DNA of 63,327 bases, counting the filler, from Intoshia linei (taxonomy: Eukaryota > Animalia > Orthonectida), in the NCBI GenBank assembly GCA_001642005.1. It is 6 parts of 6 records of this genome, joined end to end, with 100 filler letters (N's around TTAATTAATTAA, not from the genome) between each part and the next. Parts side by side here need not be neighbours in the genome. Positions count along the whole stretch, not along the records: positions 1 to 12,256 come from LWCA01001085.1; positions 12,357 to 23,078 come from LWCA01001246.1; 4 more parts are not named here. One strand, given 5' to 3'. The notes under the pieces are model-generated. The model searched no databases, was not told the DNA's origin, and was given only the letters and a program-made list of their open reading frames with translations. The translations under genes were made by a program, and so were the position numbers. How positions within the stretch are numbered: position 1 is the stretch's first letter; each line of letters starts with the position of its first letter. Positions 1 through 12,754 of this stretch are shown here, one piece after another.

Positions 1-228
1 GTAGTGAAGGCAATTAATTTCATAAAAGCAAGTTCCCTCAACAGTCGTTTTTTTTCGTTATTATGCTCTCAGAATGATGCTGATTTTGAAACATTGTTAT
101 TACATACCCAACTACGATGGTTGTCAAAAGGAAAAGCATTAAAACGAGTATTTATACTTCATAATGGAATTCTACTTTTTTTGAAAAAATCAAATCATTA
201 TTTGCAGGTGATATGGCAGGTTATATAA
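1..228 (+). mobile_element. hAT (Buster/ZBED5/SCAND3-like) transposase fragment
   Basis: KAINFIKASSLNSRFF...LLLHTQLRWLSKGKALKRVF matches the Buster-type LLxHTEVRWLSxG motif; truncated. Confidence 0.9.
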
Positions 229-320
229 TCAATGATATATATAATACATCCTGGAAAACAGTGATTAATTTTTTTTTTTGAAAATTTTTTTACATAATTT
301 TTAGTTTTAATACTTTTAAC

Positions 321-381
321 AATTTATAAGCTTAATATATTTTTTAAGTCGTATATAATTAATTCGGCTTTGAAAGGTTAA
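321..381 (-). mobile_element. piggyBac-like element end
   Basis: Reverse complement reads TTAA-CCTTTCAAAGCCGAATTAATTATATACGAC, near-identical to the + strand end at 5397 (TTAA-CCCTTTCAAAGCCG). Confidence 0.65.
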
Positions 382-435
382 ATAAGATTTGTCCTAGTAT
401 ATATACAACCATACAAAGCATTACAAAGACTCACC

Positions 436-3400
436 ATTCGTATTAAATTTTCTGAAGAAAAGGCATTCAATCTTACCATACGCGACTGGTCTAATAAAGC
501 TTCTTTGTACTAAATGTATAATAATTATTTTAATTATTACAATAAAATAAAAATAAATTTTAAATTAAATATTTTAATAAATCTTTTAAAAGGGAGATGA
601 TCTTGCAAAAATAACTTTTTTTTAATTTAGAGGGTATGATCCCAAAAAAGTTTGAAATCCCTGATATGCATTGTATATATACATGTATTTACCTTTGATA
701 TTTTCATGTACACATGTATTCGACATTGTAAAGCTTTCAGACAAGTGGGATCATTTTGAAGTATTGTATTAAAAGCTTCAATTGCTCTAAATGGTATTAT
801 ACATGTAAAAAATTTAAAACTACAGTTAATAATAATCTTAATGTCGTGAAAAGCGCCCGTTCCACGTCTGATCAAATTAAAATGACGGTAATTTAAATTT
901 GAAGAAATTATTCATAACACTTATATATAATAACATATATATGTTACATTGTGTATTGTTGTACATTATGTATGTATGTATATACATAATATACATATAT
1001 AAATATATTTACAATAATAGAAAAACAATATTGATAAAATTGTTGCATTCAACAGCCCTATCAATATAGAATTTTTAAATGATTCAGTACTTTTACTGTT
1101 ACAATTAAAGTAAAAAATTTTTGTAAAAAAAATTCAGAATATATCAACCTTGGTACACTTTGACACCGATCTTAGTGATTAATTAGGAATTTAGCAAAAC
1201 TGTTCTACTCCGTAGTATTAATATAATCAAATTTGAATTATAAATATCGTAAAATAAAATACATTAATATCAATGAAAAAATATAATACCGGTAATAATG
1301 CTTTTTATGATTCATTAAAATAATTCCTTTGTTTAAATAACAATCAAAATTTTGTCCATCTAACTGACAAACTAAATCAATATCATATAACGCGTCATCG
1401 TATCTAAATGCCATCAATTTAGTTTAATTTATAATTAATATAAGGTGAAACTCTGACGAGAGGACATATATGATTTTTTTGTTTTAATAAAAATTAAATT
1501 TTCAATATTTAGAAAAAATGTATAAAGATTCCATATTATTTTTTGCATTCAGTGAACCGCAAAATTCGATTGGCATGACGTACCTTGGACCAAGGTCCTT
1601 GGTCTAGTAATTCCAGCTTAAAAGAAATAAATCAATTGAAAATTTTTCACTTCATAACTCTCCATATTCTCATAATATTTACAAAAATATATCCGTTTCA
1701 GGACTCTTACAATGTATTTACAATGTTAAAAAAATTACTTTCCAATTTGTTCATAACATAAAGATCGTTGAAATAAAGCATCCAAACTATCATCATATCC
1801 GTTTAATAATATTGATAAGCTGAAATCTTGAATTGATTGAAGAACATTAATTCTAAAGTTTAATATAAAAATTAAAACTGGAGGATTGTCTAAAGATTCA
1901 ATAGTTATCATAAATAACACACCCATATACAAATTGTGAATCTTGTAAAACAAAATTAAATGAAAGTAAGTAATTAATTAAATGTGTGTATGTTACAATT
2001 TATTTAAGAAAATAAGAGGTGTAGACTCTATACTACACTGTAAAGTTTTAAAAATACGAATTTCTAATACAGTTTTTCGAATGTAATTAATTAAGTCCTT
2101 CAGGGTCAAAAACCCCAATTATCCTTTTTTTAAAATTAAAAGAATCCCAGAATTTTAAAAATGTACACTCTCAAAATGATACAGATCTCAAAATCATGAA
2201 CATTAGCCTAAAATTTCAATTTCAAAAGCTAGTAAATTCAAAGTCAAGCTAACTAATAATATAATAAATAATACAGCATGTATTACAGTATAATAATATT
2301 ATATTGTCAATATTGTAATTATTGATGAGTCGCGAAAAATGTATTGTGAAATTGTCCGTGATAAAAAAATCTTAATTTTATCATAAAAGAAATTTACTTT
2401 CTTAGCAATTTCCCACGAACATAGTAGGCTCTATAATCATTAGGATTTAAATGAATATATATAGATAAATCTTCTATAGCTGCATTATAATTTTTCAAAT
2501 GAGAGTTTGCTAATCCTCTCATATAACGAGCATCAGTGTTGAATTCTTTCGAGTTTATCAAAACTTGACTTTCCTCCAACAAACTGGTCCAATTTCTATA
2601 TAATTTGGATTATAAAACGTAATCTTAGAAATATTGTGATATTAACCATTAGATCAGGGGTTTGCAACCTTTTGCGCCTCGTGTGCCATTTTTTTTTCAA
2701 AAAATTATATGGGTCCCGTTTTTGAAAATGTACACATGATAAATTCCAATTTTAACTGAAGAGGAACGGTTGTAGTATATTCAACAAAATAATATTCAGG
2801 ATAATGTGAAAATTCAGAGCTAAAATGTTTATAATGAGCCAATTATGGTAGAAAAGTGTTTAAAAGTTGAAAAATTTAAAAATAAATAATTTACATATTT
2901 ACTCAAAGGGCCACCAAAATTATTCAGTGGGCCATTGGTTACCGACCTCTGAATTAGATTAATAATAATTATTATATATAATAATTTTAATATAAAAAAA
3001 TTATATAAAAGTAATTTAGTTACTCGCTATTCAAGTAATGCTTCGATCGAGCGATAAGTGGTTCAATTGTTTCGGGGCCTAGGCTTCTAACATTGGAGTA
3101 ATCATTTAAAGCTAACAAAGGATTTCCTGTCTAAAATATTTAATTTACAATACATATAATAATGCATCGTTTGCCAAATCAGAACTCACGAAACTTATAA
3201 ATCAGTAATTGAAAATTTGAGAATCCTTGTTTTTTGTCTGTTAAATAGCACCCAAGTACTATCAACTTTTTTTCAAAATTGTGGAATGAATATTTACATT
3301 TTCATTTTTAATTTTAATCCAAAAATTTGAAAAAGACTGATGATAATATTTTAAAAGTTATTTTTCACTGGGAATTTGTAGATTTCTAGGGTTGAAATTT

Positions 3401-6400
3401 TGTATTTATATCGACTGGAGTAAACTGTATCAAAATAATCCATTTTTTAAATTATATAACGGTTAATAAATTGTAATTTCACATGCTTTGTTTTAATAAA
3501 ATAGTTTGAAAATAAAAAAAAATTAATACTAAAGTGCTTTTTTGACCGTGAAGGCGTCACTTTGTCAGATTGAAAAATTTTGTGTGTGTTAACTAGATAT
3601 AACTGTATTAACTGTATTTTTTTTAAATTCTAGGACTATTTTCATTTTTTAAAAAAAGAGTAATTTGTGGTTTTAATCGTAAAAATATAAGATTTTGAAT
3701 ATGAAATATATCATAATGTGAAGGATTTTAAAATCTTTGTCAGATTGTCTATTTTCTATATTTCTAAGAATCGTTTGAATTTTTAAAAAAAAGGTATAAT
3801 TGTGGTTTTGGCCCTTGAAATACTCAATTTCTGAAAATTAAATTTTCGATCATACGACATATCACCTTCGACAAACTGTATTAGAAATTAAAATTCTTAA
3901 AACTTTATACTTTCTTAAATAAATGGTAACAAACATGACATTTTTAACTAAATTACTTTATACAAGTAATGATCAAAAAAGCATATACAAAATTAACCAC
4001 TTTTCATTTATCATAAAAAATTACCTTATTATACATTTCAGCTCTTAATATATATGCTTTTGGAATGTTTGGATTTAATTTTATAGCTCTACTTAAATTT
4101 TCAATGACTAAATCGTTTTCATCCAATTGATTGAAATAATCAGAACTAAAATGGAAAAATTAATATTGTAAAATTTCAATGTACGTTGCTAAAAGACATC
4201 CAACATGATTTCTATTTAATTTTGAAACCATTCTCAAATCATTAGATAAATAGTCGGGCAGATTAAATTTTTTCCATATATAACTCCTGTGCCAATAAGC
4301 ATTGGCTAGATTAGGTTCTCTCAAAATGACAATATTTAAAATGTCTAAAGCTAAAGAAAATTTTCCAGTCTAATTGATAATATATTGGAAAGTTTTTCAA
4401 TTTACTCTTATATATAAAGCTGCTTTACGACATTCTAGTACATTTACTACAAAGTTACTCCCAAATATCTTAAACTTTTCTATTGATTCCGTCATACTTT
4501 CAATTTCCTTTTCTATTACCTATTTAAATTTTATATTAAAACAATTATTGAATAGTAAACCATCAAACACTGTTGGTTAATTTCGTTACATACACTTGAT
4601 TTTAAATTTGATATTGAATTGACTTTACTTATTGTAGATTTTTGCATAAATTCAATATCTGCTACGCTATAATACAATCAAATCACTTTTAAAAAGTTTT
4701 AATTACCTCAATCTTCTCTTTGTAATTTCTGAATCATAATCTTTTATATAATCAATAAAATCTACATTTAATAATTTAGTATTATATAGTTTTTAACTTT
4801 TTATAAATGTCCATCTTTTAAAAAAAGGGTTTTCATCACTTTACAATTTTAATTATGATAATATAAATTTTAAATTTATAAAGTTGTGTTATGTATTACA
4901 TTTTTCATATTATATTATAACGCTGTTATAATAACAGTATAACATATTAAAACATAGTACCATCTTCAGATTCTGTTTCGGTGAATTGATCCAACTGAAT
5001 AGTTACAATTATATTTATATAGAAAATAATTAAAATTACCTGATTTATTGTTGAATAATAGTTATCCATTATTTTGATATTATTATTATAATCCTTAAAA
5101 TTGTTTTTGTATAAATTATAATTGCTAGTAGATCTTTTAAGTTGTGCTCTAAAAATGATAAAAAATTAATATACTCTTAATATAGGGCCGATATAGTGTA
5201 GGGTAGTAGTGTCAAACTAGCGGCTTATTTTAAATTTAACTGTGACCCGACTCGACTTTATATATCTATATATAGTATATATTATATACTATATTATTAA
5301 TACTAATAATATAATATTTATATTATTAAATATTCCAAAATGAAGTGTTTATCATCACTATCAGAATTAAAATGCGAGAAAATTAACTTTCTGCTATTAA
5401 CCCTTTCAAAGCCGAATTAATTATATACGACTTAAAAAATATATTAAGCTTATAAATTAATAAAAATATTAAAAATAAAGATATTATTTAAAAAAATTCT
5501 AAGTGATATACAATGTACATGTATTATCATGTGATACATCGGCATCCTAGACGAAAAACTAGACGTCTGTTAGCATTTATTTAAAAAAGTAAGAGGTGCC
5601 AATTTTTTAAAACACAATTTCAAATACAATTTTTGGAGGGTGAGATTTTATCGCTAATTTAATTTTCATAAATTCTCGTCTTGTTCGTCACGGTTCAAAA
5701 CCCATTTATCCTTTTTTTTTAAATCACACGAGTTGTAGATTTTAAAAAATATTTAACGTATACAGATTTTAAAATCATCAAAATTATCATAAATTTCAAT
5801 ATCAAAAACTTATATATTCGTGGTCACAAACCCAAAATCCCAAATTACCCGTTATTTTAAAAAATAGAAAAAACTAATCGTCCTAAAAATTTACAAAATA
5901 CCTAATTTAATACAGCTTTATCAAGTTAACATGTACCAAAGTTAAGTCTTGATTGTAACAAAAGAAATTTACTATTTACTATTTACTATTTACATATAGA
6001 AATTTAACGTGTAGAAATTTGACTAAAATATTAATAATTTGATATTTGCACGTGTAACAATATTAAACTAATTTATTTTATTATAAACTTTACACGTTAC
6101 AGATTAAAATTAATTATAATTGCAAATTGAGTTTAATTTAAATTTTTATTAAAATGTTTAAAGTATGATAGGTTAAAATTGAAATTAAAATTTACTAAAT
6201 TGATACTGCAAACTGCCAAATTGAATTTAACTTAATACACATATAAAATATTTTTAAACGAAAATCGCATCTAATCGTCAATAAGGTCAATGTCCCCACG
6301 TAGGTGAATCTAGAATTTTCCTTTGGTAGACTTTCCTTTAAAGGTTTAAAATATAGATAATAACAAATACTGTATTATTAAAAAATGAAAATTTACTTAC

Positions 6401-9400
6401 ACAAAATACTTGCCGCTACGGGGGAACCTCATAATAATAAAGGGTAAAGGGAGAGGGTTAAAGTGATAATACTTATTTTACCCTGGTAGTCCTTTTTCCT
6501 TTTTATTCATTTTTAACGGAGAGGAGATTAGATTTTACCTACCGGTTTCAGTTTCAGCAGTTTTGATGTTTTTCATATACGAAAGAAGCTGAAAGAGTTA
6601 ATAATCGTTAAACAATAAAAATAATTATTGTAATCATTATAATTAATCAATTATGATTTAATAACTGTTAACAATGAAATATTTCATTTTTTAACTAAAA
6701 AATATAAAAAAAAGAGAATTTAAGCAGTGGGACGCAGGTTTGACATCCCTGTTTTAAATAGTCACTGTAAATACATTAATGAAACCAACAAAGATCGTAC
6801 TTGTCGATTAGAAAAATAATCAAAAATAATTACTCCTACAATATTTTTTTATTAAATCTATTGTTAACCGGGCGAAATTCAGATTTTAGAATCTCTACAC
6901 AAATTATAATAATTATTAACAAATAAAATTAATAATATTCAATTGTAATTTTAAATATTTTCAATTTTATATTATTATATATATACAATTTTATTTATAT
7001 ATAATTTTCAATATTAAATATTATTCACCTAAAATCTTTTTTATTTGAAGATTTTTTAAAAAAATTATCATCAGAATATGATTTGGCCCTATCTTTTGAG
7101 ACGATATTGGTTATTTCGCTTTTTCTAGTACCAGTTAAAGCTTTATAGCTTGGATTATCAAAGCAATATGCTTGCAATGTTTCATCATCTTTGCAAATGT
7201 AGTTGTGGTTTACTATTGATAAAACATCTTTGGGGTTCATGTGCCAGTGTTTTGGTCCCAAGTATCTCAAATTACTGACCAAACTATTATTAAAAACCAA
7301 CAATTGTGGTAAATTAGATGGTATGACGTAATTACGCATAGAATTCATCTAAATATAAAAAATAAAGTGATGGAGTCATTAAACACGCAGTCGCTCGCTC
7401 TCAAGAGTGATCACATTTGAAAGGGTTTCCAATTAAATACTTTAATTAATTGATTTTTCAACATGTGATTACTAGAGTAAAAAATATTCTAAATTAGTAA
7501 ATAATCTTTTCATCCAACCTAATAATTTTATTGATTTTAATTTTAGACTAATCAATTCCGGTAATTAATATTAAACTATAGGTTTTTAATTAAAAAGTTT
7601 TGATTATATACATCAGAGTGGTTCAAAGTGTGACCCGCTAGATCAAATTGAGCGGACCATCAAATTGTTTAGTAATATATTCAAAACTCATTAATTTAAA
7701 TTTTTTATCAATAATTCTGTCTTTCTATACTAACTATTCTCAACTTCTTAAGTTTGAAAAGTAAGTTGAAATTAGTGGGTGAGTCATTATCTGTTAACGA
7801 CTTTACGTGATTATCATCCGTGATTCGAATTTTGGAAAATTTTTCAAATTTAAATCAGTGATATATTATTTTTTTAATTTTAAAATTTCACCTGTTCGAG
7901 TGGTTTAAATTTTTCATATAATCTCTTATTAGCCAATTTGTATAATTTTAATTTATCTGCACTATTAACATTCTTGATTTTATCATTATTCAAGCACAAT
8001 GTGTGAATTGATTGAATGTTTTCTTTTTCTACGTCTTTATTTACACCTATATTGCAAGACTTTTCCGAATTTTCTTCCGGTTGACATTTTAATATATCAA
8101 TTTCCATTTGATTTTTCGATTTTATTGGTTCTTTAATCTTTAATAGTGATTTTTTTCCTTTTATTGAGACTAGGTCTTCATATTTTATATTTTTGTTTGA
8201 AACGTTTTCTAAAAAGACAATATAATTAAATATTATAAAACTTAAGATGAAATTATATAAATTGACCTAAAAAATTACCTATATCAAATTCACCAACTTT
8301 AAACAAATTGAATTCTGATTTTTTAATTGGTTTTAGCTAAATAATATAAATAAAAAATGTACATTAGTAGTTTTAACCTTTGATGATTTTTTGTTAATGC
8401 CTAAATTTACAATTATTTACTTATATAAAAATGAATGTCTGTGTGTGTAACATTTATGTAAAGAATTGACAGTTGCAGGATTTAAAAAAACTCAATTTTT
8501 TTGATATAAAAAGTGACACACGAGATGCAAAAGGTTGCCGATCCTTGATTTACATTATATTATAATGAAGGGTCAATATTTTTTCCACAACTTGATTACC
8601 GACATGTTTAATGTTTTATATTACCTTGAATTTTGTAAGCAGATTTTTTTGAGGTAAATGCTAAGTAGATATTTAGTAAACCATAATTACATTTTATTAT
8701 TTTATATACATTTGTACATTATATTTAATTTACTTCTTTTTTTGTTTAGTGTGGATGGCATGAAAACTTCACTTCCCCTCGATGTCTCTGTTCTACTTTT
8801 AAATAACCGTTCTAAAAAATGTTTATTTTATTTCAATTTAAACATAAAAATTTCTTTTGAATTATTAATTTTAGCCAAATAAAAATTACCGCGTTCTGAA
8901 ATAATATCAGTATCATCAACAGTAACGTCCATAATTTCTTCGTAAACATTATCAGACCCAAAAATATCGTTAAATAATGATTTTAATTGTTTTGTGCCCC
9001 TATTTAAAAGTATTTATTGCATATTAATTTTGAATATAGATTAGTTAATTATGAATCACAATTTTATAATTTAGCCATTTTTTAAAATCGATTATAATGT
9101 TTTTACGTGATAAATTTTAACCTATAAAATCGGGATTTCAAAACTTTTTAAAATTTCAAAATTTAATTTCACATTAATTTTTTTGCCGACTACTAAAAAA
9201 TGTTACCAAAATATATACTACATTATGTACATTACTTTTTTTACTATTACTATAATTTTGTTATTTTAAATGACCGGTAATGGCAGTCTAACCGGCAGTA
9301 CCGAACCTATCGTACCGATACACATTTTCGGGTCATTTTCTTCATATGGGACTCTTTTTACAAATTGAGTTATTATATTCTTGAATATCATTACTATTTT

Positions 9401-9971
9401 GTGTATTATGTTTAATATGTTAATATTTACTGAATAACCTTAAATATGTGATTAGGGGCTATGACACTGCATCAAGTTTGCGAAAAAAATTATTAGCGGC
9501 CAATTTTTCATCTATGGGTAACATTTAGCTGGGTAGGTTCGGTTCTGACGGTTTTCGAACATATATTTCGGACCAATGCTCTACAATAAATTAATTTACG
9601 ATTTAGATTTTTCAATGAGAGAATTTAAATTTGCATATAAAAGTAAATCTCTAGTGTCACTGTTTTTAGGTTGATAACTAAATTTTCTATCATTCATAAA
9701 AGCGACTAAATTCCGGTTTACAATGAATTTAGAAATTGATTTTAATTTCAATTCTAAAAAAATATGATTAAATCAAATTTTAATTAAAAAAACTTTTTTC
9801 TTTTATAATTGGTTTTTCAGGTATTCCTTGAGATAATTCTACACTCGGAAAATCACGTTCAGTTGGTTTTTTTGTATATACAGTTCGAGCAATTAATTTT
9901 ATTGATTTTGATGTACCCAATTTATTAATAATCCCAATTTTTTTGGGTTTAACGCTATTTTCAATTTTCAT
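436..9971 (-). CDS. TTC6: TTC6-like TPR protein, multi-exon, 3'-truncated by the contig start; TPR core ~436-4520, N-terminal exons to ATG 9971 less certain
   Basis: Spliced exons give ECRKAALYIR-TGKFSLALDILNIVILREPNLANAYWHR, ARYMRGLANSHLKNYNAAIEDLSIYIHLNP, QDFSLSILLNGYDDSLDALFQR, AIEAFNTILQNDPTCLKALQCR, YKEALLDQSRMVRLN, colinear with TTC6 as recalled; GT-AG introns. Confidence 0.75.
1975..2390 (+). mobile_element. Non-autonomous Helitron-like family copy in TTC6 intron
   Basis: Shares blocks (cttcagggtcaaaaaccccaattatcc; cagatctcaaaatcatgaacatt) with copies at 5540-5960, 15040-15600, 18600-19154, 48352-49025. Confidence 0.55.
2655..2951. mobile_element. hAT MITE
   Basis: TIRs caggggtttgcaacc / ggttaccgacctctg; 8-bp TSD cattagat/aattagat. 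Confidence 0.8.
3140..3960 (-). mobile_element. Helitron-like family copy, reverse orientation, in TTC6 intron
   Basis: Reverse complement of 48352-49025 blocks (tgacgccttcacggtcaaaaaagc, caacc-tagaaatctac). Confidence 0.6.
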
Positions 9972-10311
9972 TATTATTTGTTTATTTACACAGCGTAACA
10001 ACACGCTACTATAATAATGTAATGTTTTTATTTTTTATAAACGTATCCAATTTAGTATGTTTAAAATTTATTTAAAGTCAAAATGTAAATTTTAAAAGAT
10101 AAATTAATCCTATTAAAATGTAAGCCTTGATTTGAATATTAATAAAAGATGTTCACAATTGTCAATTAAAAATTTTATTAAAACAAGTATACAACGGAGT
10201 TTAATAAAACTTAGCACAAGCTAGATTTATCCAAAAACATTTATGTCGATTAGTTTAGTTGGTTAAGCCCATATTGAGAACCAATTAAAGATGACAATAT
10301 TAATCTGTAAA

Positions 10312-10950
10312 TCACAAAAACTTTTGTTGAATGATATCTTTCCATACATTCATAACTCCAATTGCTGTAGTGTTTTCGTCGATAAAATGAGTTAAATTTA
10401 TTGTAAAGGAATTTTTGTATAAAATGTAATTAAAATTATTGTTACTTGAAACAGTCATAATGAGACGATGAAAGGAATTTGTGTATATATTTTTGTGATA
10501 ACTTTCAATAACAATTATCGGGCAATTGACATGGGAAACTGAAAGAAATTCAATGTCAACACTGTCCAATTTGATTGAATTGATCAACTTTGATTTTAAA
10601 AAATGCAAACTAGACACGTAGACTTGATTTTTAAAGACAAACATTATAAATACATTAAAAGAATTTATAAAAGAGTGAAATATCAAACAAATCGCAATAA
10701 TGTTCATTAAACAACAAATGTAATTTAAATTAATTTCATTTCCGCTTCTGAAAGTTCCAAATTGAATTTGAATATAGACACAAAATATAAAGAGTATTAT
10801 TTGAAACAAAATTTCAATAGTTTTCACTCCATTTTTATACACATGCAGTTGACAGTTTACTTTTTTGCAAGGATAATATGAATCGTTCAACAGGTGATAA
10901 CTATTTTTGACGTTTAGTTTGAGGAGATTTGTTTTTTGATAAAAATACAT
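10312..10950 (-). CDS. Intronless 212-aa protein with two hydrophobic segments; possible remote TMEM249-like
   Basis: Long ORF in stop-rich DNA; TM-like ILFQIILFIFCVYI and YICCLMNIIAICLIF; LLNDSYYP precedes TM1. Confidence 0.6.
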   Translation of the reverse strand: MYFYQKTNLLKLNVKNSYHLLNDSYYPCKKVNCQLHVYKNGVKTIEILFQIILFIFCVYIQIQFGTFRSGNEINLNYICCLMNIIAICLIFHSFINSFNVFIMFVFKNQVYVSSLHFLKSKLINSIKLDSVDIEFLSVSHVNCPIIVIESYHKNIYTNSFHRLIMTVSSNNNFNYILYKNSFTINLTHFIDENTTAIGVMNVWKDIIQQKFL

Positions 10951-11027
10951 TTATAAATTTATTGAAATACAATTGCGTTAATAAAAAATATATATGTATA
11001 AAGCGCATTGAATTTTTGGTCCATTTT

Positions 11028-11150
11028 TCAGCAGAACTAAATATAATTGGTATAATAAATAATTTACGTTTATATTACCTTCCATCGGTGACCACACGAC
11101 ATGCAGAGGCAGAAAGTCGTCATTGGTTCATCAGCACTACGAGTTTGTAG
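11028..11150 (-). CDS. TCEA1: Transcription elongation factor TFIIS, last two exons (11150-11079 and 11036-11028)
   Basis: LQTRSADEPMTTFCLCMSCGHRWK | 42-nt GT-AG intron | TTC TGC TGA (FC*): the TFIIS zinc-ribbon C-terminus. Confidence 0.95.
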
Positions 11151-11327
11151 CTAAAAATATAATATTAATAATGTAATAATTAACAGTTTTAATCAGGGCA
11201 TTCATACGAATTACTGACTATAAAGATTTATTTTAAAATTCGAATCACTGAAACAAATAAATAAATAAGTATTAAAATACATATACATCACCTCCGTTAT
11301 TCGCACAAAAGGGAGATTTTAAATATA

Positions 11328-12256
11328 CACTGCGCGACAAAACTATAACAAATTCATATAACTTCATGAATATTCTTTAAAAATTATGATTTTGTTAAAA
11401 AATTTATACCCCATTATGCAACAGTGTATTGTTATACTGGAAACAAAAAATTGAGATCGTTTGTTAATTTTATCGAACTTAAATATCAAATAACTTTTTA
11501 TTCCAATTTCAAACTCGCGACAAAAGTAAAAAGTAATTTTAAGATTTTTTATTGTGTTTCCAGTTTTGGTCATATTTTTCATATATATATGATTTGGTTC
11601 CATAATTTTATAAAAAATTTAGATCATTGCATTAATAATCCAAAATATGCCTCGTGGAACCCTTCTTTCAGGCTATGAAAAAGGTCAAATTGATGCTTTA
11701 TTGATTGAAGGAAAAGTGGTCATATATATTGCAAAATCCATAGGAAGAAGCCGCAGAGCCATATATAAATATATTGATAGATCGGGATCTCTGAATACAC
11801 AGCAAAAATTAAAATTACCGGCAGATTACAAAATTAACATGTAAAGAAAGCAGAAGGATAATTAGAAAATCCTCAAATTCTGTCTAAAGTAATAAGAGAT
11901 GAGCTAGATTTGAATAGTTCTGTAAGAACAATACAAAGAGATTTGAAAACATGTCTGCATATCGAACGCCGAAAACTCAAATCGAAACCATTTTTATCAG
12001 AAAAACACCGAAAAGATAGGATGACGTTTGCCCGTAAAAATTTAAAAACAAACTGGTCCCTATCTTTTTTTCCGACAAAAAAAGGTTTGATTTGGACGGT
12101 CCTGATGGATAGTTGTATTATTTCTACGATCTAAGAAATGATGAAATGTCTAAAATGGAAAGACAGTTTGGAGGGTAGTATTATGTTCTGGACAACATTT
12201 GTAGTTAACACGAAGAGCAAATTATGCTTTATTAACATAAATATGAATTCTAAAGT
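11328..12256 (+). mobile_element. Tc3-like Tc1/mariner transposon, 5' half, frameshifted, in TFIIS intron
   Basis: TA-cactgcgcgacaaaactata terminus; MPRGTLLSGYEKGQIDAL HTH start, KPFLSEKHRKDRMTFAR, FSDKKRFDLDGPDG in a shifted frame. Confidence 0.92.
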
Positions 12257-12356
12257 NNNNNNNNNNNNNNNNNNNNNNNNNNNNNNNNNNNNNNNNNNNN
12301 TTAATTAATTAANNNNNNNNNNNNNNNNNNNNNNNNNNNNNNNNNNNNNNNNNNNN
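12257..12356. other. Artificial contig linker; identical linkers at 23079-23178, 32013-32112, 54019-54118, 58864-58963
   Basis: N44-TTAATTAATTAA-N44, stop codons in all six frames. Confidence 0.98.
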
Positions 12357-12754
12357 TTTAAATTAATATTTTCATATACGTAGCAATAATAACAATCACC
12401 TTTACAATTTTGTATAGTCCATATTCTTGGAGTATTGAAATATTTTTTACTTTTCATTAAATTCACATAACAAAAATTCCAAATATATTTAAGATTCCAT
12501 TTTCCAGTCCCTTAAAGGGTTGATAATAGTGAATACATTTTTAAGTAGTAGATATTGTAGTATCATTTTTAAGTAATTTTTTATAATTTAATTTATTTTT
12601 TTGGTGGAATTAAACAAATCCGCCATCCGTGCCTAGGTGCTGTTTGAAAAAATTACATAACAGTCTGAATGAACCAAGTTTAAATATCATTTAATTTATT
12701 TTATGTTAAAAATTTTTGTTACTAAAATTTAAATGAAATGAATCGAATAATTAC

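Noticed and set aside
12235-12256. 22-nt overlap between contig 1 end and the reverse complement of contig 5 end, which would build a full Tc3
   Set aside because: Joining would set TFIIS and the Cys-rich gene back to back, each lacking 5' exons. They are different copies of one family.
12301-12312. Recurrent TTAATTAATTAA palindrome within N runs
   Set aside because: Artificial linker, not biological
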